Shown: in pieces, positions 19,605 to 29,718 of the stretch | Layout of the letters: each line of letters begins with the position of its first letter | How positions within the stretch are numbered: the first letter of the stretch is position 1 | Assembly: GCA_044222475.1 (NCBI GenBank) | Contig: JBGANF010000022.1 | Coordinates: 16,134 to 80,133 of the forward strand | Reading direction: 5' to 3' | DNA: 64,000 nt | From: Polyangiaceae bacterium | Lineage (GTDB): Bacteria; Myxococcota_A; Polyangia; Polyangiales; Polyangiaceae | Translations under genes and position numbers: made by a program | The notes under the pieces: generated by a model | Told to the model about the DNA's origin: nothing | The model's database searches: none | What the model saw: only the letters and a program-made list of their open reading frames with translations

Positions 19605-20786
19605 ATGCGATCCATGCGATCTCTCGTCTCCGTTCTCGGGGCGTCCGCGTCCATGCTGGTCGCGGCGTCGGCGTTTGCTCAAACGGCGACCATCTCCACC
19701 AGCGGCATCCAACGCAAGACGAGCACGGGGACGGTCGTGAACCCGCGCTTCGTGATCGACGGCAAGACCCCGGGCCTCAGTCGGCAGGACTGCCTGGACG
19801 ATCTCGTCTACGACATTCCCCTCGTCATGACCGGCCTGCCGACGTCGTACACGCTGCAAGCGTGGGCGGGCTCGGACTGCGCGACGCTGACCGCGCGCAC
19901 CGGCGCCAACCCGACGTGCTGGCCCTTGCTCGGCTCGGGGATCGGGGTCGGCGCGTCGGTGAACGTCAAGATCCGCATGCAGGACATCGTCGCCCAGATG
20001 AACACCGGCGGCTCTCCGCGAGTCACCAGCTACACGCCGGCGACGTCGTCGGTCTGCACGTCGCAGACGGCGCTCGGATCGGGCGCGACGGCGCTCGGAG
20101 TCTCGTTCCTGTGGATCGACGGCGGCTCGGGCAACTCGATGGGCACCGGCGCCACCTACACGATCTCGGTGAAGCTCTTCGGCCCCGACGCACCGACGAA
20201 CCTGGCGGCGGGAGCGGGTGGCGGTCTCCTCAAGCTCACGTGGACCGCACCGTCGAACCAGAAGGATCTCCTCGGCTACCGCATCTACACCCAAGCCGGC
20301 GGTGGTGACGGCGGCGCGACGACCGACGCGACGACCACCACGTGCACCGAAGGTGGCGTCATCGAGGGTGGCCTCGACGACTCGGGCGACGCGACGACGA
20401 TCACCGTCGACGCGAGCTGCACCACGACGCCGGTCACCAACACGTGCGGCGGCACGATCGACACGACGAAGGTCACCCCGACCGAGGTCGGCGGTACGGT
20501 CGGAGGCGGAACCGTCAGCGGACTCGTCGACGGTCAGAGCTACACGGTCGCAGTCGCCGGATACGACTCGTACGGCAACTCCGGCACGCTCTCGAACTCG
20601 ATCTGCGCGACCCCGCAGGACACGATCGACTTCTGGGACAACTACCGAAACTCGGGCGGCACCGCCGGCGGCGGCTACTGCGCATCCGGTCCGACGGGTA
20701 CCGGGGGCGATGCACCGTGGGCCTTCTTCGCGATCGGCGGCTTCTTGTGCGCCGCGATCGTACGTCGCTTCCGGAGTCAGGGATGA
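19605..20786 (+). CDS. Secreted fibronectin type III protein with C-terminal MYXO-CTERM-like anchor (MXAN_2561-like)
   Basis: Signal peptide; FN3 motifs (APTNL...LTW, GLVDGQSYTVAVAGYD..GN); GGGYC + TM + RRFR tail. Confidence 0.75.
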   Translation: MRSMRSLVSVLGASASMLVAASAFAQTATISTSGIQRKTSTGTVVNPRFVIDGKTPGLSRQDCLDDLVYDIPLVMTGLPTSYTLQAWAGSDCATLTARTGANPTCWPLLGSGIGVGASVNVKIRMQDIVAQMNTGGSPRVTSYTPATSSVCTSQTALGSGATALGVSFLWIDGGSGNSMGTGATYTISVKLFGPDAPTNLAAGAGGGLLKLTWTAPSNQKDLLGYRIYTQAGGGDGGATTDATTTTCTEGGVIEGGLDDSGDATTITVDASCTTTPVTNTCGGTIDTTKVTPTEVGGTVGGGTVSGLVDGQSYTVAVAGYDSYGNSGTLSNSICATPQDTIDFWDNYRNSGGTAGGGYCASGPTGTGGDAPWAFFAIGGFLCAAIVRRFRSQG

Positions 20787-21526
20787 AGATCGCCACGTGC
20801 GCTGCTCTCGCCTTTGGGGCGGCGCTGACCTTCTCGCCCCCGGCGCTCGCGGAGGGCTTGTACGTCGAGAAGCAACCCAAGGAGTCGCCGCAGCACTTCG
20901 AGGTGGAGATCCGCTTCTCTCCGTACACGCCGCAGATCGACTCGGCGCCCGGCATCACCGGAACGCCGTACGAGAAGAGCTTCGGCACGTCGCCGCGTCT
21001 GCTGTTCGGCCTCGAGCTCGACTGGCAAGCGCTACGCATCCCTCACTTCGGCACGATTGGTCCTGCGCTCTCCTTCGGATACACGTCGGCGAGCGGCAAC
21101 GCCGTCTACGCGTCGAACGGGGCGGCGTCTGCCGAGTCGACGAGCCTCGAGGTGTTTCCGTTCTATGGCGTCGCGGTGCTTCGCGTCGACGTCTTCGAGC
21201 GCGAGTTCAAGGTACCGCTGGTGCCGTACGCAAAGGGCGGCGTAGGGGTCGCGCTGTGGCGCGCCTCGAACGACACCGGAACGTCCACCTCCGGCGGCGT
21301 CGAGGGCAAAGGTTCGACGTGGGGGACCCATTTCGCGCTGGGCCTCGGGCTCTCGCTGAACTGGATCGATCGCCGGTCGTCGGCCGGACTCGATCGCGCG
21401 ATCGGGATCAACGACACGCTGCTCTTCTTCGAGTGGATGTGGATGAACCTCGACGGCTTCGGATCGACCGACAAGCTGCGCGTCGGCGCGAGCACGTTCT
21501 CGGCCGGGCTCGCGTTCGCGTTCTGA
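20783..21526 (+). CDS. Outer-membrane beta-barrel protein (MXAN_2562-like)
   Basis: Signal peptide, amphipathic strands, terminal Phe (GLAFAF); ATGA overlap with the FN3 gene. Confidence 0.75.
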   Translation: MKIATCAALAFGAALTFSPPALAEGLYVEKQPKESPQHFEVEIRFSPYTPQIDSAPGITGTPYEKSFGTSPRLLFGLELDWQALRIPHFGTIGPALSFGYTSASGNAVYASNGAASAESTSLEVFPFYGVAVLRVDVFEREFKVPLVPYAKGGVGVALWRASNDTGTSTSGGVEGKGSTWGTHFALGLGLSLNWIDRRSSAGLDRAIGINDTLLFFEWMWMNLDGFGSTDKLRVGASTFSAGLAFAF

Positions 21527-21578
21527 GCTCTCGCGGGCGAGAGGGAACGTCGCGACGGGCTCCGCGTATGACGTCGAG

Positions 21579-22199
21579 ATGAGGGGTCGCTGGGCTTGGG
21601 GGGTCTTGGTCGTGGCCTTGGGAGGGTCGGCGTGCGCGAGCGCGTCCTCATCGTCTCCCGCGCCGACCGCCGTGTCGCAAGACGCATTCCGCCGGTGGCG
21701 CGTCCTCGGCGAGAGCATCTGCTCCGAGACCCACGACGCCGTCTCCTACGACGACGAAACGGTCGAGGTGAGCCTGCCCCGGGAGGCGTTCTTCGACGCT
21801 GGGAGCAAGGCGCTCCTCCCAGCCAGCGACGCTGCGGTTGCGCTCGTGGCACAAGCTCTCGCTGACCTCGGCGAGCCGCGCGTGCTCGTTCGATCGAACC
21901 TGGAAGACGCCGTCGCGGATCGCGGCACGAAGGAGGAGCGTCTCGTCTTCTCGCGACGTCGCGCCGATGCCATCGCCGACGCGCTCGTGGCGCACGGAGT
22001 GCCTCGCGAGCGGATCGTCCGGGTCGGGACGAGCGAAGGGTGGGAAGGTAGCTTCGACGGCCCTGCGCAGCTCGATCCTGCCGAGGGCCGAATCGATTTC
22101 GTCGTCCTCGGTCCGGGCGACGCTCCACTTCGCTGCGCGGGCTGCGCGCGCGGCGCGAGCAACGGATCGCCGGGGCCCCCGAGTCTCGACTCTCGCTGA
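21579..22199 (+). CDS. OmpA/MotB-like peptidoglycan-binding lipoprotein
   Basis: SRRRADAIADALVAHGVPRERI motif; GSAC lipobox. Confidence 0.7.
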   Translation: MRGRWAWGVLVVALGGSACASASSSSPAPTAVSQDAFRRWRVLGESICSETHDAVSYDDETVEVSLPREAFFDAGSKALLPASDAAVALVAQALADLGEPRVLVRSNLEDAVADRGTKEERLVFSRRRADAIADALVAHGVPRERIVRVGTSEGWEGSFDGPAQLDPAEGRIDFVVLGPGDAPLRCAGCARGASNGSPGPPSLDSR

Positions 22200-22222
22200 G
22201 GGACCGTGCGACGGGCAAGCCC

Positions 22223-22942
22223 TCACATCGGCGGCGCGCGTCCGTCGGCGAGCGCAGTCGCGACGTCGCGCAGCCACGCGCCGTCGTCGCGCGTCTGGTC
22301 TCCGACCAGCAGTCCGCCGCCGAAGCGAGTCGCCGTCGGCGGCGCGGACACGTGGTGGTGGATCTTGGCGACGTGGCTGCGCTCGGGGACGAGGATCGCT
22401 TCGCCCGAGTAGTCGAGATCGATCGCCGGTTCGTTGCCCCCCGTGTAGGTGCCCGTCTGGTGCATCGCGGTGCGCAAGAGAACGACGATGCCGGCCTCTC
22501 CCGGGCTGCGAGCGAACGGGCCGGCGCTCGCGCCGGTGAATCCCTCGGGCAAGAAGACGCGCTTGCGCGCCATGCGCGGCCCGGAGCCGAGCACTCGCGC
22601 CATCGAGGGGTCCAGATCGAGGCTCTGTTCGACGAAGACGACCTTGCGCCCTTTCGCGAGCGCCAGATCGCCGGCGGGGAGCGTCTGCGGATCGATCGCG
22701 GCGTACTCGTCGGCGATGGGCTGGAGCGGTCGCGCCGCGAGCTCGGCCTCGGTCGGCGGCGGTGGGGTCGCGCTCGCCGCGGTGTCGACCTCGGCGGGTT
22801 GATTCATGCGGTACTGGATGACGAGGGTCGCGATGACCGCGACCGGGATCGCCATCGAGAGCACGAGCACCGGTGACAGACGGAAGCTCGTCTTCTTCAA
22901 CCGCGCTTGGTACGCGGCGATGTCGTCGTCTTCCTTCGTCAT
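22223..22942 (-). CDS. Hypothetical single-TM membrane protein
   Basis: N-terminal TM helix, Pro-rich linker; overlaps the GNAT stop. Confidence 0.65.
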   Translation of the reverse strand: MTKEDDDIAAYQARLKKTSFRLSPVLVLSMAIPVAVIATLVIQYRMNQPAEVDTAASATPPPPTEAELAARPLQPIADEYAAIDPQTLPAGDLALAKGRKVVFVEQSLDLDPSMARVLGSGPRMARKRVFLPEGFTGASAGPFARSPGEAGIVVLLRTAMHQTGTYTGGNEPAIDLDYSGEAILVPERSHVAKIHHHVSAPPTATRFGGGLLVGDQTRDDGAWLRDVATALADGRAPPM

Positions 22943-23550
22943 GATCTCGACTCTAGCGAAACGGGAGGTCGCGTCATCACCCACGCCGGGGGCGCCTCGC
23001 CGATCACGATCTCTTCGGTCACCTCGAAGCCGAATTTTCGATAGAGCGACAGGTTCTTCGGGTTCGTCGTCTCGAGGTGTGCCGGCGCGCTCGCGGCATC
23101 GGCCTGCGCCGTCACGTGCCTCAAGAGCGCGCCTCCGTAGCCTCGGCCAGCGAACGAGGGGTCGACGCCGAGGACGTAGATGTACCAATGGGGTACCGGC
23201 GGATGGCGTGCGAGGACGGCACGGTCGACGGCGACGCCCTCACGCAGCGACCGCCACGTCGGGAGCGACGGCGGAAGCGCGAACCCCGCGCGGACGAAGC
23301 TCCAGCCCCCGAGCGGCCACTTCCCCGGATCGACGCACGTCGCGGTACCGGCGAGCGAGTCGCCGTCGTCCACCGCGAAGACCACGCCATCGTGGACGCC
23401 TTGGCGCAGCGTGACCCCCATCATCCACTTCAACCAGCCGGCGCGCTTCGACGCGTCGGGGTAGAGGAACTGGAACATCGGATCCGCGTCGAACGCGCGC
23501 GCGAGCAGCGCGGCAGCGGCGGGTATCTCCGATGAGCCGAGGTTGCGCAT
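22939..23550 (-). CDS. GNAT family N-acetyltransferase
   Basis: HWYIYVLGVDP..GRGYGGALL, LETTNPKNLSLYRKFGF. Confidence 0.9.
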   Translation of the reverse strand: MRNLGSSEIPAAAALLARAFDADPMFQFLYPDASKRAGWLKWMMGVTLRQGVHDGVVFAVDDGDSLAGTATCVDPGKWPLGGWSFVRAGFALPPSLPTWRSLREGVAVDRAVLARHPPVPHWYIYVLGVDPSFAGRGYGGALLRHVTAQADAASAPAHLETTNPKNLSLYRKFGFEVTEEIVIGEAPPAWVMTRPPVSLESRS

Positions 23551-23776
23551 GTCGCAGCGCATGATGTCACGACGGAAAGCGGCGCGATCACGGGCGTTTC
23601 GTCTCTGGAGGAGCTCGAGAAACGCCTGGCGGCACCCGGCAGTGGCTCGGGCGGGGTAGACCGGGTGCCTATTTTGGGAGGCGCGATTCGCGCCGCTTTC
23701 CGTCGTTCGATGGGGAAACTGCGAATCCGGGAGGTTCATTCCCGAAAAAGTGGAGGGCGATCTACGGTGGGTGTCC

Positions 23777-24652
23777 ATGGCGGGCCCCGCGCGCATCCAC
23801 CTCGTCGACGGTACGTTCGAGCTCTACCGCGCGCACTTCGCGCCGCGGCCCGATCGACCGAACAAGGCGACGGTCGGCCTCGCCGGCGCGATGGTCAGCC
23901 TCCTCGGCGACTCGTCCGAGAAGGTGACCCACCTCGCGATCGCGTTCGACAACCCGATCCGCTCGTTCCGCAACGACCTGTTCGACGGTTACAAAAGCGA
24001 CGAGGGCGTCCCTCCCGACCTGCGGGCCCAGTTCGATTTGGCCGAGGAGGCGGCGCACGCCCTCGGGATCACCGTCTGGTCGATGAAGGAGTTCGAGACC
24101 GACGACGCCCTCGCGACCGCCGCGAAGCGCTTTGGCCCCGAAGTGGGACAGGTTCGCATCCTCAGCCCGGACAAGGATTTCGGCCAGTGCGTCACCGAGG
24201 ACAAGGTCGTCCTCGTGGACCGCATTCGAAACCGCGTCGTCGACGAGGAGGCGCTACGCGAAGCCCGCGGCGTGGGGCCGGAGTCGATCGCCGATCTCCT
24301 CGCCCTCACCGGGGACGACGCCGATGGGATCCCCGGCCTCGTCGGGTTCGGCGCGAAGACGGCGGCGGTGCTCCTCGGTAAGTTCGTCCACGTCGAGGCC
24401 ATCCCCGACGATGCTGCGGCGTGGCCCAAGGGCGTTCGCGGGGCCGACCGTCTCGCCGAGACGCTCCGCTCGAGCCGCAAAGAGGTGGCGCTCTACAAGA
24501 AGCTCGCGACGCTCCGCACGGACGTACCGCTGAAGGAGTCGCTCGACGATCTCCGCTGGCGTGGCGCGCCGATGGATCGCCTCGAAGCGTTCGCGAAGAA
24601 GGTCGATGCGTCGGCGCTGGTGCCCCGGGTGGCGAAGCTCACCTCCCGCTGA
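23777..24652 (+). CDS. 5'-3' exonuclease / flap endonuclease (PolI N-terminal type)
   Basis: LVDG, FRN.LFDGYK, ETDD, SPDKD, LTGDDADGIPG..GFGAKTA (H3TH). Confidence 0.92.
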   Translation: MAGPARIHLVDGTFELYRAHFAPRPDRPNKATVGLAGAMVSLLGDSSEKVTHLAIAFDNPIRSFRNDLFDGYKSDEGVPPDLRAQFDLAEEAAHALGITVWSMKEFETDDALATAAKRFGPEVGQVRILSPDKDFGQCVTEDKVVLVDRIRNRVVDEEALREARGVGPESIADLLALTGDDADGIPGLVGFGAKTAAVLLGKFVHVEAIPDDAAAWPKGVRGADRLAETLRSSRKEVALYKKLATLRTDVPLKESLDDLRWRGAPMDRLEAFAKKVDASALVPRVAKLTSR

Positions 24653-24659
24653 GCCCGCG

Positions 24660-24926
24660 TCAAGGGAACATCGCCTGGGGCATCAGCGACTGGATGAACG
24701 CGACCGCGAGCTCCTTCGCCTGCTTCGCCGTCGCTCCCGCGATGCGGGTGTCGATCGGTCGGTGGAGCGACATCTGGACGCGACACGTGTAGTCGCCCGA
24801 CGCCTCGCGCACTGGAGGGTGCACGATGGCGGAGAACGGGTGCTTCTTTCCCGCGAGCGTCGTCGTGCCGACGATGCGCGCGACCGGGATCGGCGTCTTC
24901 TTCTTCGTCTTCTTCTTGGCGGCCAC
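24660..24926 (-). CDS. Small basic hypothetical protein
   Basis: Short ORF filling the gap, Lys-rich N-terminus; GTG start inferred. Confidence 0.55.
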   Translation of the reverse strand: MAAKKKTKKKTPIPVARIVGTTTLAGKKHPFSAIVHPPVREASGDYTCRVQMSLHRPIDTRIAGATAKQAKELAVAFIQSLMPQAMFP

Positions 24927-24945
24927 GAGGCCAACGTAGCACGGC

Positions 24946-25791
24946 CTAGCCGCCCGCATCCTTGCAGCAACGCACGCCGACCTGCTTGCCGCGGTAGATC
25001 TCGCCGTGCCCGAGGGTTCGGGCGCGGCACGTGTTCTTGCCTGGCAGCCACCACGCGCCCTTCATCGAGGACCGGTCCGGCGGCTTGCCGTCGTCCAGGG
25101 TCGCCCACTCCTCGATGTTGCCGCTCATCCCGTGGACGCCGAACGGGCTCACGCATCGCGGCCGCGCCGTGATCGGCTCGCGAAGGTCCTTGAGACCGCC
25201 GTTCGGTCGTCCCAAATCGGTACGATCGATGTTGCACGCCGTCGCGTCGCGAGTGAACCCGTACGGGTAAGGGCGCATCTCCTCGCCCTCGCACGCGAAC
25301 TGCCACTCGCTCTCGAGGCAGAGCCGCTTGCCGAGCTTCTCGCAGACCTCGCCGGCGCTCGTCCACGACTGGTTCGCGAGCGGCAACGTCTCGCCCGGCG
25401 CGGCGTACTCCTCGCGATCGATGCAGAATCGCTTGCGCTCTTTCGCGCCAGGCGCCGAGCCGCAGCGTGACGGCTTCACGTACTCGGCGCAGCGGTAGTC
25501 CTGATAGGGGCCCGGCGGGTCCAGCCAGCGCTTGCAGATCTGGACGGGCGACGGGCAGTACTCGCCCTCGGCGAGGACCATGTCGTCGGGACATGCGCTC
25601 GCGAGCGGTGCAGCTGCGTCGACTTCGGCCGGCGTTGCGTCATCGATGCGCGCCGGCTCGGTAGGTGGCGGGTCCGTCTCCGCGCCTCCGTCCCGAATCT
25701 CGGGAGTCTGCGGCGCGCTTGCGCCGCTCGTCGTACATGCCGAGAGCCCTACGAGGGCGAGTCCGAGGCCCCAAACTGCTGGCCTTTTCAT
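24946..25791 (-). CDS. FGE/SUMF1-fold (C-type lectin-like) lipoprotein
   Basis: CPDDMV, FCIDREE, RLCLESEWQFAC, SPFGVHGMSGNIEEW, GVRCC. Confidence 0.88.
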   Translation of the reverse strand: MKRPAVWGLGLALVGLSACTTSGASAPQTPEIRDGGAETDPPPTEPARIDDATPAEVDAAAPLASACPDDMVLAEGEYCPSPVQICKRWLDPPGPYQDYRCAEYVKPSRCGSAPGAKERKRFCIDREEYAAPGETLPLANQSWTSAGEVCEKLGKRLCLESEWQFACEGEEMRPYPYGFTRDATACNIDRTDLGRPNGGLKDLREPITARPRCVSPFGVHGMSGNIEEWATLDDGKPPDRSSMKGAWWLPGKNTCRARTLGHGEIYRGKQVGVRCCKDAGG

Positions 25792-25886
25792 CCACAAATT
25801 GTGGGGCTTCGCGGTGCCCCTCGCCACTTTTCGGCCGACGTTTCTGCTTCCGCTCGGGCGCGAACCGGTCTATGCACGCCGGCTTC

Positions 25887-26729
25887 ATGGTGAGCAGTCG
25901 AGGCACCTGGGTCGCCGTCACGGCGTGTTTGTTCAGTGCTTGCTCCGCGTCCAGCGAGCGAGACACGAGCGTCGCGCACACCGAGCTCAACGCGGCGACC
26001 CTCGTATCGCAGCCGAAAACGGCCGAGCCGGTGAGCACGGAGCTCGCCCCGCCGATCGCCGTGGCGGCGCCCCCGCCCGCCGATCCGCCGTGCCCCGACG
26101 GCATGGTGCTCGTCGACGGCGAGTACTGCCCCAACGTCGAGCAGCGCTGCCTCGAGTGGATGGACCCGCCGGGCCCGTACCAGTTCTTCCGCTGCAAACG
26201 CTACGCGCAGCCCGCCAAGTGCAACGGTCCCCGCGTGCACGAGCGCTTCTGCATCGACAAGACCGAGCGCACCGAGCCCGGCTCCGACGTCCCGATGAAC
26301 AAGAAGTCGTGGACCCAGGCGAAGGGCGTCTGCGAGGCGTCGGGCGCGCGCCTCTGCATGACGAGCGAGTGGAACTTCGCGTGCGAAGGCGAAGAGATGC
26401 GGCCGTACCCCTACGGTTGGGAGCGCGACTCGACGGCGTGCAACGTCGACATCGCGACCGGGCTCGGCCACGTGGGGCGCCTCGTGGATCACCGCGCGCG
26501 CGCGTCGGATCACCCGCGCTGCGTGAGCCCGTTCGGCGTGCACGACATGGCGGGCAACGTCGACGAGTGGGCCACCGTCGATCGCGCGCCGCCGGGGACG
26601 CGCGAGGTCATGAAGGGCAGCTGGTGGATGCCGGGTCGCCACGCGTGTCGCAGCTTCCAAGGCGGTCACGGCGCGAGCTACGGCGGAACCGAGAGCGGCG
26701 TGCGCTGCTGCAAAGACGCGGCGCCCTAG
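25887..26729 (+). CDS. FGE/SUMF1-fold lipoprotein (paralog of the divergent neighbour)
   Basis: CPDGMV, RLCMTSEWNFAC, SPFGVHDMAGNVDEW, GVRCC. Confidence 0.88.
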   Translation: MVSSRGTWVAVTACLFSACSASSERDTSVAHTELNAATLVSQPKTAEPVSTELAPPIAVAAPPPADPPCPDGMVLVDGEYCPNVEQRCLEWMDPPGPYQFFRCKRYAQPAKCNGPRVHERFCIDKTERTEPGSDVPMNKKSWTQAKGVCEASGARLCMTSEWNFACEGEEMRPYPYGWERDSTACNVDIATGLGHVGRLVDHRARASDHPRCVSPFGVHDMAGNVDEWATVDRAPPGTREVMKGSWWMPGRHACRSFQGGHGASYGGTESGVRCCKDAAP

Positions 26730-26962
26730 CCGCTCCATCCGCGATCACGCCCGCAGCGCGCGCATGGCTCGATCGGAGGTTTGAACAGGAAGGGCGGAAG
26801 CGCGGAAGGTTTAGGGGGTATTCCGCCAACGCTGGCGTCGTCGCGATGCGTTCGCAGTCGCACTCCCCCCAAATCCTTCCGTCCTTCCGTCCTTCCTGTT
26901 CATTCCCTCTGGGAGGATGCACTGACGATCTCAGGTCGATCGGAACGCGCTACGATGAACGC

Positions 26963-28873
26963 ATGTGGCGACGCTTTCTCGTCGGCGCGCTCTGCGCCGC
27001 GGTGCTTTCTTGCGGCAACGAGCCCGGCTCCACGTTCGACCCCGACGGCAGCGCGGACGTCGCGACCGAGGTCCCGCCGAACTTCACGCTGCGCGTCGAG
27101 CCTCCGGACGGCAAGGCCACCGCCGTCCTGGGGACGCCTCCGCCCACGCTCGCGTTCAAGGCGATCAAGAGCGAGAACGGCGCCGACACCGACGTCACCG
27201 ATCAAGTCGGTTGGGCCGTGGGCGACACGACGTTCGCCGCGATCAGCGCCAAGGGCATCGTCACCTTCACGGGGCGCGGCGGCGAGACGTCGGTCATGGC
27301 GACGCTCTCCGGCATCAAAGGCACCGGCAAGGCGACGCTCGTCCTCACCGGTGACTTGTACCTCCCTGGTACCGACTCGAAGACGAAGCAGGCGTTCGAA
27401 GCGGCCACCCTCGACCCGGCGAGCCCGCCGCTGCTCGAGTATCCGGAGAACGCGACGGTGCTCCCCGCGAACCTCCCGCCGATCGAGTACCAGTGGTCCA
27501 AGTCCGACGGCACCGCGTTCCGCGTCCACCTGACCGGCAAGTACCTCGACATGTGGGTCTACACGACCGCCGCCGATTGGACGCCGGACAAGGACGTGTG
27601 GCCGGTCCTCCGCGCGAGCACGACCGACCAGCCCGACGCGGGCACCGCGTGGCTCGTCGAGTCGCTGTCGGCCGCCAAGGTGAAGCGCGCATCGACGTCG
27701 CGCACGTTCAACACCGCCGTCGACTCCATCGACGACAGCGCCATCTACGTGTGGCAGAGCTCGACCGGCACGTTCCGCATCATCGACGTGGGCCTCGGGA
27801 AGGACTTTCCGCTCCCGACCGACAGCCCGCAGCTCCAGCCCAACCAGCCGTGCTCCGGGTGTCACCGGATCTCGCGCGACGGGAAGCGCTTCGCGTTCAC
27901 GTACAACGGCGGCAACTTCAACTTCGGCTCGCTCGCCTACGACTCGACCGCCAAGCTCTACAAGCAGAAGATCACGCCCACGCCCGCGTTCCGCGGCACG
28001 TACGCGGCGTTCGATCCGCTCGAGGCGACGCGCGCCCCGGCGATGCTCGTGACCGTGCCCGACAACGTGCCGCAGAACACCGCCGGCACCGTGCGGCTCG
28101 AGCTGCGCGATCCCGACACCAACGCGGTCGTCCCGAGCAACCTCGCGACGGCGATCGCGCAGCTCGATCCGACGAACCCCGGCCGCGCGACGAGCATGCC
28201 CGACTGGTCGGCCGACGGGAGCTTCGTCGTCTTCTCCGCCTACTCGAGCAACGCCGCCTACGTGCGCCTCCTCGGCGACGACATCGTCAACGCGTCCATC
28301 GTCGAGATGCCGGTCACCTTCGGCGGCGGGACGTACACCTTCGGTGCGCCCAAGGTGCTCGTGGCCGCGAACACCGCCGCGAACCCCGACACCGGGGTGA
28401 ACAACTTCCTCCCGACGGTGTCCCCCGATGGTACGGCGGTGGCGTTCACGCGCGCGAACGGCTGGTGGTCGATCAAGACGCAGCAGTCGCTGTTGAATCT
28501 CTCCGGGCAGATCTCCCTCGTGCGCCGGAGCGACAACCAGGTGTTCACGCTCGCCAATGGGTCACCGGGCACCGGCGTGAGCAACACGTGGCCGCAGTGG
28601 GCGCCGACGGTGGGCTCGCGCTACGCGTGGCTCGCGTTCGGCTCGGAGCGCGCGTACGGCCACGAGCTGACGGTGGCGAACAAGAGCTGCGGCTCGCTCG
28701 TGCAAGGGCAGGGGAGCTGCAAGCAGCTCTGGATCATGGCCGTCGACATGGCGAAGGTGAAGAACGGGACGGTCGACCCGAGCTTCGCGCCGTTCTGGAT
28801 CCCCGGTCAGAACATCCACGCGCAGTACGTGAGCCCGCAGTGGACGAAAGCCGTCGTCGCGCCGCCAAACTGA
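26963..28873 (+). CDS. Lipoprotein with Ig-like domain and TolB/PD40-like beta-propeller
   Basis: VLSC lipobox; ISRDG, PDWSADG, PTVSPDG, WPQWAP repeats; CSGCH motif. Confidence 0.8.
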   Translation: MWRRFLVGALCAAVLSCGNEPGSTFDPDGSADVATEVPPNFTLRVEPPDGKATAVLGTPPPTLAFKAIKSENGADTDVTDQVGWAVGDTTFAAISAKGIVTFTGRGGETSVMATLSGIKGTGKATLVLTGDLYLPGTDSKTKQAFEAATLDPASPPLLEYPENATVLPANLPPIEYQWSKSDGTAFRVHLTGKYLDMWVYTTAADWTPDKDVWPVLRASTTDQPDAGTAWLVESLSAAKVKRASTSRTFNTAVDSIDDSAIYVWQSSTGTFRIIDVGLGKDFPLPTDSPQLQPNQPCSGCHRISRDGKRFAFTYNGGNFNFGSLAYDSTAKLYKQKITPTPAFRGTYAAFDPLEATRAPAMLVTVPDNVPQNTAGTVRLELRDPDTNAVVPSNLATAIAQLDPTNPGRATSMPDWSADGSFVVFSAYSSNAAYVRLLGDDIVNASIVEMPVTFGGGTYTFGAPKVLVAANTAANPDTGVNNFLPTVSPDGTAVAFTRANGWWSIKTQQSLLNLSGQISLVRRSDNQVFTLANGSPGTGVSNTWPQWAPTVGSRYAWLAFGSERAYGHELTVANKSCGSLVQGQGSCKQLWIMAVDMAKVKNGTVDPSFAPFWIPGQNIHAQYVSPQWTKAVVAPPN

Positions 28874-29260
28874 CTACTGAAGGACGACGGTCTTCGTGAG
28901 CGCGGCGCTGACCTTGGCGTTCTTGTCCGTCGCGCTCACGTCGTAGGTGTACGTGCCCGCCGGGACCGCGCCGGGGATCACGATCCCAATCGGGTACGGC
29001 GACGTCGCAGTGGATACGTCGACGACTGCGTCTTGCAGCACGACCGCACCCTGAGGGTGCAAGTGAATCCCGATCTTGGCGACGCCCGCCCCGGCGTGCG
29101 CCGTGACGTTGCCGGTCATCGTGTAGTTCCCCGTGCCGTCCTTCGCGACGGACGCGGGGAACGTCGCGTCGTCGACGACGGGGAGCGACTCCGCCGCGGA
29201 GCACGCGGTGAAGAGACCGAGACACATCACGACGGCGAGAAGATGGGACGAACGGAACAT
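28874..29260 (-). CDS. Hypothetical lipoprotein (Ig-like)
   Basis: FTAC lipobox; beta-rich. Confidence 0.7.
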   Translation of the reverse strand: MFRSSHLLAVVMCLGLFTACSAAESLPVVDDATFPASVAKDGTGNYTMTGNVTAHAGAGVAKIGIHLHPQGAVVLQDAVVDVSTATSPYPIGIVIPGAVPAGTYTYDVSATDKNAKVSAALTKTVVLQ

Positions 29261-29433
29261 GCAGTGAATGTCGCACGAACGGCTCTTGTCCGCTGCGTCA
29301 TGTCGGCTACTGACATGACCGCCGCGTTCGGCAAGCTCGTCGCGCCCTCGCGTCTACGGTTTCTCCGCACCCAGGACGTCGGAACCGCCCTTCGCTCAGC
29401 GCTGTTGCCACATCGCGTCCTTTGACGGGATGA

Positions 29434-29718
29434 TCACTTGTTGATTTCGCACCACTCGGGGGTGACGACGCTCCCGGCGCTATGATTCACGCAACTCGTC
29501 GCCGCCGGGCAGTCAGCCTGAGAATCGCATAGCTTCGAGCACACGAGCTTGGTTGCCGGGACACAGTAGACGCCCGTCGGGCAGGCAGGCTGAAAGACGC
29601 AGATTGCGCCGGACTCGCACTCGTCCGTGCTCAAGTAGGTCTTACAAGGGCTCCCAATCTCGGCTCCGCTGCCACAGGCGACGAGGATCACGAAGGACGG
29701 GACTACGAACTCTCGCAC
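29434..29718 (-). CDS. Small Cys-rich lipoprotein
   Basis: LVAC lipobox, many Cys; start uncertain (up to 29763). Confidence 0.6.
   Translation of the reverse strand: MREFVVPSFVILVACGSGAEIGSPCKTYLSTDECESGAICVFQPACPTGVYCVPATKLVCSKLCDSQADCPAATSCVNHSAGSVVTPEWCEINK

Noticed and set aside
24946..26729. Diversity-generating retroelement (FGE/CLec folds are typical targets)
   Set aside because: No reverse transcriptase and no template repeat with adenine-specific differences in the window
25532..26962. N-terminal extension of the 1113-aa ORF
   Set aside because: Arg-rich off-frame read-through of the FGE gene; the real lipoprotein starts at 26963
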